Assembly (NCBI GenBank): GCA_964605725.1
Contig: CAZSDQ010000002.1
Span: 5,600-69,599, forward strand
From: an uncultured Candidatus Saccharibacteria bacterium
GTDB taxonomy: Bacteria > Patescibacteriota > WWE3 > UBA101185 > UBA10185
Reading direction: 5' to 3'
Length of the DNA: 64,000 bases
Shown here: piece by piece, positions 63,799-64,000 of the stretch
Layout of the letters: the number at the start of each line of letters is the position of its first letter
Position numbering within the stretch: the first letter of the stretch is position 1
Program-made: the position numbers and the translations under genes
The notes under the pieces: model-generated
What the model was told of the DNA's origin: nothing
Seen by the model: the letters and a program-made list of their open reading frames with translations, nothing else
The model's database searches: none

Positions 63799-64000
63799 CT
63801 GGTAAAGTACATAAGGGATCTGTTTTAGCTTTGTATGGAAATCTTGGAAGTGGTAAAACAACTTTTACCAGATACTTTGTTGAAGCATTGGGTTTAAATA
63901 ATAGGGTTCAAAGCCCAACCTTTGTGGTAGCTCGAAAATACGGTTATGTAAATCACGTAGATCTTTACAGACTAACTAGTGAAAACGAAGCCAAGGATAT
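63744..64000 (+). CDS. tsaE: tRNA threonylcarbamoyladenosine biosynthesis protein TsaE (partial; continues past the window end)
   Basis: MESITKSTEETKRLAIELAGKVHKGSVLALYGNLGSGKTTFTRYFVEALGL..VQSPTFVVARKY...HVDLYRL. Contains the P-loop and SPTF motif; starts 55 nt inside the previous ORF. Confidence 0.75.
   Translation, partial: MESITKSTEETKRLAIELAGKVHKGSVLALYGNLGSGKTTFTRYFVEALGLNNRVQSPTFVVARKYGYVNHVDLYRLTSENEAKD

Overview
This is a low-GC (~33%), gene-dense bacterial chromosomal window. Its features are typical of Candidate Phyla Radiation/Patescibacteria genomes: a lysine-rich N-terminal extension on sigma-70, a giant DUF4012 surface protein, an O-antigen-ligase-TPR fusion, and AlaRS and MiaB proteins missing their C-terminal domains. 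Housekeeping content includes dnaG-rpoD, groES-groEL, ftsH-tatD, alaS, the rpmH-rnpA-yidD-yidC-jag-dnaN cluster, miaB-miaA, mltG and ftsEX. I found three tRNAs (Asn-GUU, fMet and Met/Ile2-CAU), a fourth with the rare anticodon UAU (Ile), and a type-A RNase P RNA.

The most unusual regions are:
1. A compact fermentative module at 7.5-15.5 kb. An ADP-forming acetyl-CoA synthetase is fused to a C-terminal FNR-like FAD/NAD(P) oxidoreductase domain. It sits in an operon with 2-oxoacid:ferredoxin oxidoreductase (a fused gamma-alpha subunit and a beta subunit) and a ferredoxin. Next to it, on the opposite strand, is a two-subunit [NiFe] group-3-like hydrogenase with a convergent maturation protease.
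2. A tRNA integration hotspot at 20.7-23.6 kb. Upstream of tRNA-Ile(UAU) lies an array of nested copies of its 5' part, each ending at anticodon-loop position 33 and each paired with a conserved purine-rich motif. Downstream is a 47-bp duplication of the tRNA 3' end, then a VapBC toxin-antitoxin pair, a holin-family protein and a tyrosine recombinase missing two catalytic residues. tRNA-Asn carries a similar upstream fragment.
3. A minimal conjugation/T4SS-like module at 45.3-50.3 kb. It contains a PrgI/VirB3-like membrane protein with a long extension, a protein made only of a VirB4 N-domain, and a VirB4 ATPase with a Pro/Thr/Gln-rich tail. It lies beside an epimerase-DUF4012 giant protein and is convergent with dnaN.
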